A DNA stretch of 62,846 bases, counting the filler, from Gonapodya sp. JEL0774 (taxonomy: Eukaryota), in NCBI GenBank assembly GCA_027604505.1. It is 2 parts of 2 records of this genome, joined end to end, with 100 filler letters (N's around TTAATTAATTAA, not from the genome) between each part and the next. Parts side by side here need not be neighbours in the genome. Positions count along the whole stretch, not along the records: positions 1 to 31,424 come from JADIIX010000200.1; 1 more part is not named here. One strand, given 5' to 3'. Position numbers and translations under genes: made by a program. This document shows, piece after piece, positions 12,651 through 24,630 of the stretch; position 1 is the first letter of the stretch; each line of letters opens with the position of its first letter. Under the pieces are notes generated by a model. That model worked only from the letters and a program-made list of their open reading frames with translations. It was not told the DNA's origin and did not search any database.

Positions 12651-15600
12651 TCACACAGATTTGCTGCACTCCTCGGAATGTTGACTTCTCCAATGTGAAA
12701 GTTGACAGGCTAGGGCACGAATTTTGAAGACTGTTATACGAATTAGGTGTACGATACGGGATGTTCTACTCACCCACACTGCAGTATCGCCGTATCCCCA
12801 CCTTTGGTATAGATATCCCAACAATTTTCTTACCTTTCTTTCCCTTCTCTTGCTCCTTTTTCACTTCTGTGCTTGCTGTCGCACGGCGAAAACACCCCTC
12901 ACAAGCCCAAACTTTACCACGCGCCCCACAGCCACTGCATAGACCTTTGCCCCATGATCCTCTCACCTCTTCCCCTTCAATCGCTTTCAGAACACTGTCC
13001 GCAACATACATCCAAGGAAGCGATCGCAGGGAACGCGTGTGTGTCTGGTACTGCAATTCAACATCTAGTACAGCCTTGAGGTGTGCGTTGGCGACTTCGG
13101 AGACCCCATTGTATTTGTCTTCAACAGCGATGAAATGAGATAAATCAGATTCTAACTTACTTGAGGGATAAAAGAGGTAGCGTCGTGACTCAGCCCGAAG
13201 AGCTTTGTTAAAATGATCGCGGCAAGCATCTGCATCATTAGCGAGGAACATCTCCCGAGCCAGCAAGAGATGAGCGTCTACGAGATGCTAGGAATCCAAA
13301 AACCTTTCTGATATCCGAATAATAAGACGCAAGAGGGAACTTGTGACTCACGCATTCGTCACCTTCTGTTCGCGAGAGATAATTTTTCAAATCGTCCACC
13401 GCCATCGCCCTGGTAAACATACTGCCTACGATATTGTTGTCATCCTTCAGAGGGGGCGCCTGCCCCTCCATAACAGGGGACTTTGTCATGGATCCTTTTC
13501 GCTCGTGAATGCTTATTATACACACGGCCCGCCAGTACTCCGCCTCAAGATACTCAAGAGTGTAAGTGTCATAGAGCTTTCCGCCCTTGTCTGGCGCCTC
13601 TTGCATATTCTGTTCGATCCACACCATCATACCGGTCAATTGAGTGACCGCCTCTTCCCACCGGTCAAGACGCATCAGTAGCCAAACGCGGGGCCAAAAG
13701 AACACAACTTTACACTGTTCTCCCAAATCCTCTCGCCCGTCCGCCCGGTACATGTCGATGCATTGTTGAAGCAGTGCGAGCGAGACTTCAGGAGCGCGCT
13801 CACGTATTGCAACCACAGCCTCAACAGCAATGCCATATGGGTCCGTTGGATTTAATGACATATCATATCTGGCGCAAAGAGCGCAAAGCAGGCGCAGCAC
13901 TGGATTCTGGAAGTCGAAAATCCAGAAATAGGGCGATAGTAGGACCTCAGAAAACAGCCGGAGGGCGTCAAGATACCGGTCGCCTCCGGACCTTACTGCT
14001 TTCTCAGCATCATGTAAAGTGAACTTAAGATCGCGAAGATGGAAGAGAATACGAGAGGCGGTGCGCTTCGAACGATGCGTTGTCTCGCTTCCATTCACCG
14101 AAATTGCCCCGTTGATTGCTGTCGCGGCGTTCCCCAAGCCGACCATCCCACCAGGACTTCCCGAATTGACAATTTTAGCAGAGTTCTCGATGACTTCGAT
14201 GATATCCGTCAATGTAGGTGCCACGCTCCGGAATTTTTCTGCCCAGAAAGATGACTGAAAGGAGTCTCGGGCTGAATTTTCATCGTCCCTTGCTTGAGCA
14301 CATGGTGGTTCATCGTCCTTCGCCGGAGCACGTTGTGGAGAAGAGCTTGATGTTGTATTCGCAGAGAATGTAGAATCGGGACCGGCACCCCGAAGCAAAT
14401 TCTCAATGAGTTCAGTTATATCATTTGGTCGTTCTGGAGTGGTCATGAGATCCACAGTGTGTCGCAAGATGTCTGTTGGATCTGTACCAGACGGTGGGGG
14501 CATCGCCGCCGCTAGAGCTGCGGTATTGCCAACGACAGCCCACCGCACTCGTTCGTTCAATTGTGGGTTACTCAACTCAGGTGGTGCAGATCCACCTCCC
14601 AATCTGACAATGGCCTCATTGCCACCTCGATCAAACCGAGCACCCGCATCCCAGTTCACGTCTTCTCTCCCTGTCGCACAGTACCGTACACCGCCAACGT
14701 CTGTTAGTATATTTACTCGAAGGGCGCGAGAAAACCAAACCTTCGCCTCATGCCCTCTTTTCTCGGGCTGATCTGCTCCTTCTTCCCTTTGTTCCCCAAC
14801 GACTTGAGCTCCAAGTCCTTGCATGGCCTTCTGACCGCCACCGGTGCTTGCCGCCACCCTTGTTGCTTTTCTCCACTTCTCCCCCGCGCCCTCGTCGGGC
14901 CTTCCCTGAGTATCCGTGGTTCCAGACTTTTCCATGCCGGCGATCGCTCGCGCAGCTTCCGTGTGGCCAGCAGCTGCGGCACAACGGTACAACTTTGCTG
15001 CTTCAGCAGTCAACGCTGCTCTTCGACTGGCGAGAGGCTCGCTCGTGACAGATTCAATGTGGCAGCGCGCCAACACCAACATAGCAGGAAGGTGACCACC
15101 TGCACAAGCTCTTACGAGCTGTAAGGCAGCTTCAGAAGTGTCTTGTCTTTCAGTATGCCACACGAACAATTCAAAAGCAGAGCGAGGTGTAGCGCACATG
15201 AGGTGAGTTGCCGCTGTCTCGAGAACCGTTCGAGGAAGATAATCGTGCTGAAGGTGTGCTGGAGCGAGTGTTCCCAATGCCAACCGCAGCAAACTCGGAA
15301 AGTGAGCGTATCCTCGTTGTTGACCATCAGGTACCTCGCCAAGTCCCACTCCACCAAATCGACTAGCACTGTCGGCACCCGCTGCAACGGCTCTGTAGTA
15401 GTTTTCTGAAGATTCCGTTGCGTCACGAGCCACACCCTCCGTTTCGAAGCCACCGAGCTCACCGGCTCTTCCAACCACGTAGTGGCTTATCGCCAACTTT
15501 GAAAAATCTTCCAGAGGAACCGCCTCGAGAGCTTCTGGATACAAAGGATCCAATGTTTGTGGAGCACCTGTTGCGTTTCGCGAGGTCACTCCGCGTGCAG

Positions 15601-17308
15601 CTTCAATCCAACCACGTGGTGGGTCAGCAAGAATGCGGGAGGCAAGGTCGGACCAATATCGTCGAATATAGCGTGCGTGCCATCGAACAGCAGTTTGAGG
15701 ATCTGGAAGAATGCCATGACCAAGGGCGAACATTCGAGCAAGAGGGTACATCGCTGCAGCAAACCAGGACGCAAGAGTATTAATGATCGTACTAGGAAAG
15801 ACAGGACACACAAACCAATGCCATCGGGACTCACCCAGCACGCACCCTGCTCTAGATGCTTTCTCGTACCAGCCAAATGCCTTTCCCAAATCTACCTCAC
15901 CCGCAAACCCTTCGGTGGCCCATTGTCCCAACAAGTTCCATATACTCGCCTTCTCTTGTGGTAACGTCGACTTCCCGGGACTTGGCGATCTTCGACGCTG
16001 TTGTCCATCTAAAGAAGAGACCTCATCCGTCGGTGGGGCCCACGTTCCGGCCAGCTGCTCAAGTGTACTCCTCGCTTCCTCCCGTGAACCGAGGCCCATG
16101 CCTGGGACACCACAAGCTTGCATGATCAAGCTCAGACATCCTGCTGACTGTGAGCCACCGCGAGCCTGCGTGATGAGCTGGCTAGCGCTGACGAATGTAG
16201 ATGCGGCCCGTAAACTGGTTATGGCGAGAGTGAGTGCAGGTGGAGCAACGTCCGTGTGACCAAGACTGGCCAAGCCTAGGACACAGACCCGAAGAGCACG
16301 AGCAGCTTCCGCGGGGTCATTCGATATGGAAGCATCGTCGCCGAGGGGTCGGGTGTGGATTGCTCTGTCCAAGTGAATACGAAGCCGGTGAAGTGGGCCG
16401 TGTGGGGAGCGAGAAGGTGGCGGAATCAAGGAAACCGGAGGTGGTGGTGGGGGAGTGGGTGGTGCGTTGGAGTGTATGTGGTGTGCACCAGCTGTGGATG
16501 GTTTTGCAGCGGACGAGAGGGTAGCGGAGGTTTGGCGCCCCACGTCCGGGTTTTCCGGCATCTGCATTGTTTTTGTTGGAGATGACGTAGTCTTACTGCC
16601 CTTTCCCACATTGGTCGGGCCATTCCTGGTGGAGGCGACACCCGCCCCTGAAAGGTTCGGCAATTTCAAGTCGGAAGGATCAGGTTTCAAATGGATAGGT
16701 TGGAAATTTGAGGGAAGTGAAGGAGCTGGACCAGAGCGCCCATATGATGAGAATCAGAGGAATGAATGATATCAATAATTGGACATGTGCATTCAAAAAT
16801 CCACATTCTGGTTACCCTGCTCCCCAGATGCCCACTCGATTCCTCCCCTCAACTCCAAGAAAGAAATCACATCCAAGCGAATTACATTGTGGCAAACGTG
16901 TCCTGGGTGAGCGCCAGCATCCTTGTACAGAGACCATCTGAGAGTTGCTCTCTTTCAAATTGGAGTTTATCCTTCTACACACATCCAATCGCTCTTCCTT
17001 CGAGTCATCCACGTCTCAGAAAACGCACCTCCAACCCGCACGCCTTCCCAAAAACTGCTCTGTGCCTCCATGAGTCTGGACAACACCTCATTTTCGATAG
17101 CCTGCTCAACAGGATCACGAGTCCGACCAGTCCCAACAGCTTCCGGAGCAGGAATTGAATGAGATACAGAGTCCATTTCATTCCCCATGGGTCCTAGCTG
17201 TTTTGAGGGGGTGGTGGAGTTTGACGGAGGATCTGTGGGCGCCGTCGGTTCGGGTTCTGTTATGGAATCTGAGGCAGACTGTTGAGGTCTCTTTTTCTTG
17301 CGAGCCAT
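12651..17308 (-). CDS. SEL1-like repeat / TPR-like protein with C-terminal MYND zinc finger
   Basis: SEL1 repeats (LGKAFGWYEKASRAG; AMYPLARMFALGHGILPDPQTAVRW; AAKLYRCAAAAGHTEA). The C-terminus spliced across two exons reads CSGC..CEGC..(Lys-rich insert)..YCSVACQLSHWRSQHSEECSKSV*. Probable start MARKKKRP at 17308. Confidence 0.8.
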
Positions 17309-17930
17309 TCCTGAAATTGGCGTTTCTTGTCGCACGCGGAATGTGTGATGGGAGAATGTGGTAATGTAACGGAGTGGTTCACATCATCCCAATATTTTGG
17401 AAAGACATTCGTTTATTCAAAATTGCATCCCATTCCCCTTCAACTCGAGAATCGCGGTTCCAATGAAACCCTCCACTTCATCCATATTCGGGAAACCAGG
17501 GACTAGCACAACTCATTCTGGACGTTCTCTGTTTTGGCGCAAAGAAATGGTCCAAGCCCTGCGGATACTTCAGAGAAGCACAGTCCCCGACGGTTCCAAG
17601 TTGTACCTACGGGGCTTGTTTGCAGTTCTGCTGGAGCCGTTGGTGCTACTGCGAATTGGCGGCGCATTGAGCAGCAACGGGGAGTCACCGACACCACAGG
17701 TTATCCCTGAACCATTTCTGGACTACGATGGAGATCAACATCAAGAGATTGCTCTATCCAATCTTACTCGCTGGGCTTTCGGACGCATTCTGAAAATCGG
17801 GTGAACGTGGTCTTTCTGGATAAGCTTGAATGCAAGGAAACTTCTTCCATTTACGCCTCGTCAGAGAGTAGAATGCCATTTATTGCATTGTACGTAATAG
17901 AATTGAAATCCATGGTCCCTCCAGACTCGT

Positions 17931-20900
17931 TTAGTCCATGTACAGAATCGCAACCTGAGATAGAAAGCGACATTGAACACGCAAGAAGGTGAAACGGTTG
18001 CAGCAGCGAAATTTGAGGATTGAAGAGAAGCTACAGTTGTCCGCCATCTCGACTGCTGACCCTCACCTTCCAATCTGCATAGCACACTGCGATTTTCCTC
18101 CCGTCAGGACTCCAATTAACTTCAAAGATTCCGTTTGCCCCTCGAACTGATTTGAATATCGAAAAATTTTCCTGTAATACCAAAGTAGGTGGGGCCAGAG
18201 CTCCTTATATTGTTGGATGTTCCCACCAGCATTCCTGCGGTCCACTCACTTTGACCTTCCAGACACTGACCCTTGTATCGAAACTTCCCGCAGACAAATA
18301 TGATCCGTCAGGCGAAAATGACACTGAATACACCGGACCGGTGTGACGGGTAAGAATGTGCAAGCAGGTTCCTTGATCCGCGCTCCAAATGCGGACCGTC
18401 GAGTCGAAGGATCCACTGGGAGCACAGCCGTGCGAAGAGGGCACTTGAGGGGCTAGTTCGCCGAGTAGTTTCCAATCTTGGAAAACCTACCTTGCCAGCA
18501 TCCTTCCACCACTTGTGTCCGGGTTCCACCTGACAGTATAAACTTCCTTCGTGTGTCCTTGGAGTATCCTGAGTGCGTATTGAGACGGCTCTGAGGGATT
18601 CCATACCCGTACCTGCATAGTCCAACCAGAGAAATGGATAATAACCACATGAGTACAAATTAAAAGGAATGGTACTCTCAGCCGGGCGTGCCATTATTGG
18701 TTCGGCCCGCGATGAAAAGTACCCACGGTCATATCATCGGAGCATGTCGCAATACGCAGACCGTCCGGACTCCACCTCAAGCAGTTGACCTCCTGTGAGT
18801 GCCCTGTCATTTTTCGATAAGGCTGAAGCGTTCCTAGCTGGCAAATATACACTGTGCGATCTGATCCGCATGTGGCGAAGGTGATGTCGTCTTTCCAATC
18901 GACATCCAAGATGGGTTCTGAGAAATGATTTGCCAGACATGGAGCGGTCAAGATTCACAGGAATGTCGGACAAGAACCAACCAACAACGGCTAATCACGT
19001 GCGTGAAATCTGAAGGTCTGCCTGGGGCCTTCTCCTCCAACATCCCACACGACGGCGACTTTATCAACACTCCCAGAAAGCAACAAAGTCCCGTGCTTGT
19101 TCCACCGTATGGAGAAGACAGGACCGTTGTGTCGCTTCCACTCGCGAACGAGGGTTCCTGTAGGGGACCAAACCCGCACTTTTCCATCGTAGGCGCCCGT
19201 GGCGAGAAGACTGCCGTCAGGCTGGGGGGCGTAGAGTTCGTGGTCATCACTTGAGACAACAACTCGCAGGAAGCACGCACATTCCATTCCAAAGTCGTCA
19301 CATCCTTGCCCTCCGCTCCTGTACTCCGGTGCTCCAACACAACTGGAGGAGATACTTCGGCGCCTGGTATTGGAGGTACTTGCCAAATACGCGCGGTCGC
19401 ATCACCGGCACTGTAAGCGTCGAAGCCCACATTCGCGAATCCCGGGATGGTGTTTTAAGTGGGATGTGCAACAGTCGGACAGACGTGAGAAGCAAATCAC
19501 GGGTACCAACTCAACCGTCCATAATACTTCAAAACGTACCCGCTTGCAATGACTTCAGAACCCACTCTCCACGCCGCAGCGAAAATCTCGCTCCTGTGAC
19601 CCAACATAACTTCAATCTTGTCCCTACTCCACTCCCAGTTGACCTCTTCCCCTTCCACCAGAGGACCCAGCAAGTTCGGTAGAGACGAAGCGGTGTACGA
19701 GCCAGGCTCCAAAAGCCGTAGGGAGGGTGATAACGACCGGCTGTGCTTGACACCCGGGGAATCCGCTTCAGTAGCATGGTCCGTCACAGTTTGGAGTACC
19801 GGCGCTGACGGACTATGGGCAGATGCGGATTCCTCTGCCTCAGCCATCGCCACGTCCCCCTTTTCTTCTCCCACCACAACTTCTCCCCGCTCCCCCATCT
19901 CCTCATCGCCCTCTCCCGCCGGGCTCTCCTTCACGTATCCTGGCACATCGTCCAGAGTACCAAGTCCGATCGGGCCTTCTGCCGCAATGTGCGAAGTCTG
20001 AGGATTGGCGACGAGATTAGATGTTGAGAGTGGACTCAGGTGCTCCTTCTTTGCTCTTTTGGCATCATGTTGGAGAGTGCGAGCCGTGGTGTCACGTGCA
20101 ATGGTTTGGGCCTGAGCATGTGTCTGTGTCGCACTTCTGTCCCTTCCCGTGGGTCCGTCAAGTGGAGCAGATGTGGGATGTAGGTCCGCACCGACACCTC
20201 CCCCGCCTCCCACAACCGCTCCGATTGTTGTGCGTGACCCCGCCGCTTGAGATGGAGCGTCTTCTTCCTTCTCCTTGTCCCTCTCCTGCTGCGTTTCTAC
20301 ACGCTCTCGCTCCCTTTCCCGTTCTTTTTCTCCCCTTTCCTTCTCTTTTCCAGTTACGTCACCCGTTGCTTTGTCCATCTTCTCTCTTTCCCTTTCCTTC
20401 TCTTTCTCCTTCTCTTTCTCCTTGTCCTTGTCCTTCCTGTCCCCCTTCCTATCTCGCTTGCTCGTTTTCCTCCCTCCCCCTCCGACAGTCACGTTGGGGG
20501 TATGTGATTGACCTTGGCTCCCGACTGCCGAATTTGGTTGGTTGCCTCCTTGCACTGATGCTGCAGTATCGTCTGCAGCTGCTGACAATGTGCCAGGCGG
20601 AGGTACTTTGGAAGAAGGTTGTTGGTGGCGAGGGGGTTCCACTTTTGAAGTGGACTTGGAGTGCACGACAAGTGGTGGATTGATCGGTGAGCGAGAATAG
20701 AGTGGGGTCAAGCAAACAATCATCGAAACAGTCAAAGTAAGATAGAACTCTCTCAGAGTGACACGACCGACTCACCTTTCCGACAGAATGTTTATGCTCG
20801 TGTGCCCAGACAAGGCTCCAGGGTGCGTCGCAATCGATGAGCCTACCCTGAGGATCCACGTGGTTCTCAAGCCTGATGAGATCCGATGCTTTCCTGACCG

Positions 20901-21186
20901 CGAGGATGAGGAGTCCCGGTTGCGGACGAGCGTCTGAAAAGTCAGCGAGAGGGCGGGAGAATACATCTGCTTCGTGTTTCAAGGCGAAAGCGGAGTGGGA
21001 GAAACCTGATTCGAGGAGGTAGCGGTATACAATAAAATTGAGTTCGTCGGCAAATGGAGGGGTTGCGTGGAGGTATTGGTGAGATTGCTGCTGTTGGTAG
21101 ATGTTGTGGTGGTAGTCGTTGAGGTGGATGTGGTCCTGGTGGGTGTGAGGACGGATCCCGTTGGATGCCTGGAGGATAGATGACAT
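17931..21186 (-). CDS. SIF2: TBL1/Ebi/Sif2-like LisH + WD40 corepressor subunit
   Basis: LisH ADELNFIVYRYLLESGFSHSAFAL, then WD40 repeats (AGDATARIW, KDVTTLEWN, LATGAYDGKVRVW, HNGPVFSIRWN, SGSFDSTVRIW, HTGPVYSVSFSPDG, GIFEVNWSPDG). Long low-complexity linker with KE/RE runs. Confidence 0.93.
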
Positions 21187-22010
21187 CTAAAGAGTGAAGA
21201 ACGGTTCGATAGACAATCCGCGGCGGGGTTGGGATATGTATATCAGCACCAAAACGTTGAAGCAGTCGAACAAGATGACATGAGTTGTGAGGGCAGCACA
21301 ACCAATGCACACGGAGCAAGAATAAAGATGTGAGCCAAGGGTAGATGCTTCTTTTGGTCCCCTGGCCTGGTGGCCGCTCTTGTGCGTTGGGGTAGGAGAC
21401 AAGGTTCCGTTCGCTCTCATGCTTCTCGATTCCCCAGTTCCCGTCCGGCTTTTCCAGCCAGTCGTCCGACATCTTCGCTCTTTCGGACTGTTTCCTTGTG
21501 TCTTTGGCCCTCTTCCTCGGCTATCTGGCGGAGCGGTATCCTTTCGTCATCTGACACCGCAACCTTTCGTCCTTTTCAGTCAGCAATTTGTGTCTCACCC
21601 TGCCAAATCGCTCTCCGAGATGGTCTCTCTGTTCGCAATTTCGCTTCTGCTTTGTTGTGTTCTCAAGCTGAAAGATAGAGGGTAGTTGGTCGTGCGCTCA
21701 CCGGCAGCGAATCGGCGGCGGGACAGAACTTTGGAACAATAAAATAGAATTTACATAACCTTTGTGGAGTCTGGGACAGGATTTAAAGCAGTCGCTAAGC
21801 AAACACGGTGGAGAAAACCGGTGCTTCATGAGAGAAGAGTGAATAAACTGGAAGCTTGTTCCATTCACCGTGCGGCGCAAGCAACACGGGATGGAATGGG
21901 AGAGGTGGAGACGAAAAGCTCAAACAGCTAAAGCGCTCATTTGTAGCAATTGACAGTTGTGGAGGCGCACACAGCACTCATGTAGTCGCTCCACACCTGC
22001 CTCACTCGAC

Positions 22011-23576
22011 ATGAATCGTCTTCTCCGCAAACTCCCTTTTGCTGATCGATCTGCCTCTGACACTGTGAACAACGCATCCTCGGTGTTTGAAGTTGTGAGA
22101 GAACACTCCACGGCTCCACTTCCATCCTACGATGGCCCTCCCATCCAGCTTGTCGTTTTTGGTGCTGGTGGTCGGGCTGTTTTCCTTGTTACTTCTCTTA
22201 TTCGCATCACTCTTGCCCCTGTTGTGCGAATCGTGCTGGGTGACTCTAACCAAGGTGCACTGGACAAGGTTTCAGAGGACATTCGCTATGTTCTCGACCG
22301 ACATTCATCAGAGGTTGAAACAGAAATCGTCACTGTGTTACTTGGTGCGGGAAAAGAGGGTGACGCTGATCGCGCAAGAGCCCTCCAGACTCACGTCCGC
22401 GTGGACTCTCACGGGAGCACGCTCGGCCCGACAATCTGGAACAAGTGGTGCATCGTTGCCTCTGTGAACAAACAACACTATGCTGATTTGAATGCAGCTA
22501 TCAATGCTGGGTACAATATTTTTTGCGAAAAGCCGCTCGCTACCACAATATCAGATTGTGCGAAACTTTATAGGCTGCTCCTGTCTCCCTCGGATCACGC
22601 AACTGCTTCCCCTCTTACCCCCCCACCTCCGCGTCCCCGATTTCTCACGGGTTTTGTACTCCGTCACGCTCCGCTCTACCTTCGCGTCCGTTCCCTCCTG
22701 CACGAGGAAAAATTCGCCGGCAAACTCATCTCGTGCGAATTTAACGAACTCCTCTCTCGAGAGCATGGTGCCTACAAATTCCGAAACTGGCGACGGTTCA
22801 GCGACCTCGCGGGCCCCAACATTCTTGAAAAATCGTGCCACGATATGGACCTCATGTGCTGGCTTATGAATGACGTGCCCACAAAGGTTGCTGCTTTCGG
22901 GGGGAAAGATATCTTTCAACCCGAGAACGCCGAGGTGGGAGAAAAGATTCGAAAGGAGGTGGAACAGAACGGCGGCGCGGGAAAGTTCGTCTTTCGACTC
23001 TGGCCAACGTATCCTGCCGTTGACGATCCTTTCACATCCGGCGGTGACGTGGAGGACCATGTGATGGCTGTTCTACAGTTTAGGTGAGGTAGCGTTCGTG
23101 CTTTACTTACCTCATCACGCTTCAGACGTTCGTGACCGTTGTCTTAAAAATACACACAACCCAGATCCGGCACAAGGGCCAGCTTCCACCTTTCATCCAT
23201 GTCCGCTCTCCCGCAGCGCCGTCTTCTCATCTCTGGACTAGAAGGCGCCATCGAAGCCGACCTGGATTCCGGCACACTACGATACCAAAAGATGTCCTCC
23301 GAGTTTCCCAAAGTCGAATCACACAAGTCGTCGGTGGCGGGCGATAACCACGGTGGTGGTGACGAGTGGCAAATACGACGGTGGTGGGAGGAGATTGTGC
23401 AGGTTGGAACGGAGTGGCGTCACCATAAATTCACTGAGAGAGACTTGTCGGACCATGGGGCGACGGCACGAGATATGGTGGTCAGTGCCGTGACAGCTCT
23501 GGCAGTCGATATGGCGAGGAGGGAGGGAAGGGTCGTGGACTTGGAAGCCGAGGTCTGGGCCGACTTGGGGATTTGA
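22011..23576 (+). CDS. Gfo/Idh/MocA family NAD(P)-dependent oxidoreductase (single intron at about 23084-23164)
   Basis: Rossmann VVFGAGGR, IFCEKPLA, GFVLRHAPLY, NWRR...GPNILEKSCHDMD and C-terminal HGGGD. Confidence 0.92.
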
Positions 23577-23669
23577 ATTTGCTTCTGAATGAGGCATTTA
23601 TATTGTCGATAATTCATCTGAATTTATTGCTACAAACGAACTGTTCAATGAACGAGGTGTACGATCACT

Positions 23670-24488
23670 TCACCCTCTGATATCAAAGGGCTTCATCAAC
23701 ACCATCCCTACCCACAGATTTACGCCAACCCATTTGAGTGCTCTTACTCCCATAGTCTGTGCAGCAGTCTCCGTCATTTGGTATTCCCACACGGCCTTCT
23801 CCATCTCAACGAATCCAGCTGCCTTGGCGGAATCACGGCTCGCATTCACAGAGTGCTTGAACGTGCTTCCCCGAAACTTTACATGCTTTCCGGATTCACT
23901 GTCCTCAACGCGTTTGAATCCCACCTCGCCCCATCCTCCTTTGTACGCGTCATCGTGTATGTTGGTAACGAGGGCAAGTCCCCCAGGGCGCAAAATACGG
24001 TACAAGGTGGAGAAAAAGATATCGAGCGGAATGTGCTCGAGGACGAGGGTGGAAATAACGCCGTCCACTTCTTCTACGAGATCCGCGGGGACGGTTGCGA
24101 ATATATCAGCTTCGACAAGAGCCCACGATGGTATCAAACGCGATGAAATGTCTGTTCTCCTTTTCAGATCGTGGTCGGTGGCGACGAGCTTCTCACGAGC
24201 TACTGCCAGCATTGCGGGGGAAACATCGACACCGGTAATCTTTGAATTCTCTCTCCGCACGTAAGAGAGAAGTTTTGCGGTGTTTCTTCCGGTACCACAG
24301 CCAATATCCAACACGTGGAAGTTGTTTCCTTCCGGAAAACTCATCATTTTCTCGACCAATTCGGGAAGTATTGACGACAACATGAGATCATCCACTTGCT
24401 GAAGGACGTTGCCATCGTTGTCGTAAGTGGAAGCCCACCGATCGTAGAGCTCGGTATTTGAAAGATCAACAACAGTTGCGGACGCCAT
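23670..24488 (-). CDS. Class I SAM-dependent methyltransferase (small-molecule type), intronless
   Basis: LYDRWASTYD, motif I VLDIGCGTGRN, ITGVDVSPAML, ISTLVLEH and LRPGG. Confidence 0.92.
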   Translation of the reverse strand: MASATVVDLSNTELYDRWASTYDNDGNVLQQVDDLMLSSILPELVEKMMSFPEGNNFHVLDIGCGTGRNTAKLLSYVRRENSKITGVDVSPAMLAVAREKLVATDHDLKRRTDISSRLIPSWALVEADIFATVPADLVEEVDGVISTLVLEHIPLDIFFSTLYRILRPGGLALVTNIHDDAYKGGWGEVGFKRVEDSESGKHVKFRGSTFKHSVNASRDSAKAAGFVEMEKAVWEYQMTETAAQTMGVRALKWVGVNLWVGMVLMKPFDIRG

Positions 24489-24630
24489 CAGTGGGTCTGG
24501 ATGATGAGGCGGTATAAACGCATTTACATAGCTTTGTTCTGTTAAAGGCGAGTGGCGAGTGAAAGATCGAGCCACTCATTCCTGTGCCACCAACTTATCA
24601 CATGGCACAAGCACTCAAACTCTTCGTTCA

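Noticed and set aside
17397..17804. Stand-alone 135-aa ORF between the SEL1-MYND and TBL1 genes
   Set aside because: No recognisable motif and a non-ATG start as called; may be a chance ORF in promoter/3' UTR DNA.
20021..20683. Long antisense ORFs over TBL1 (similarly over SPB1, CtIP and the Abraxas-like gene)
   Set aside because: Shadow frames of GC-rich or low-complexity coding sequence on the opposite strand.
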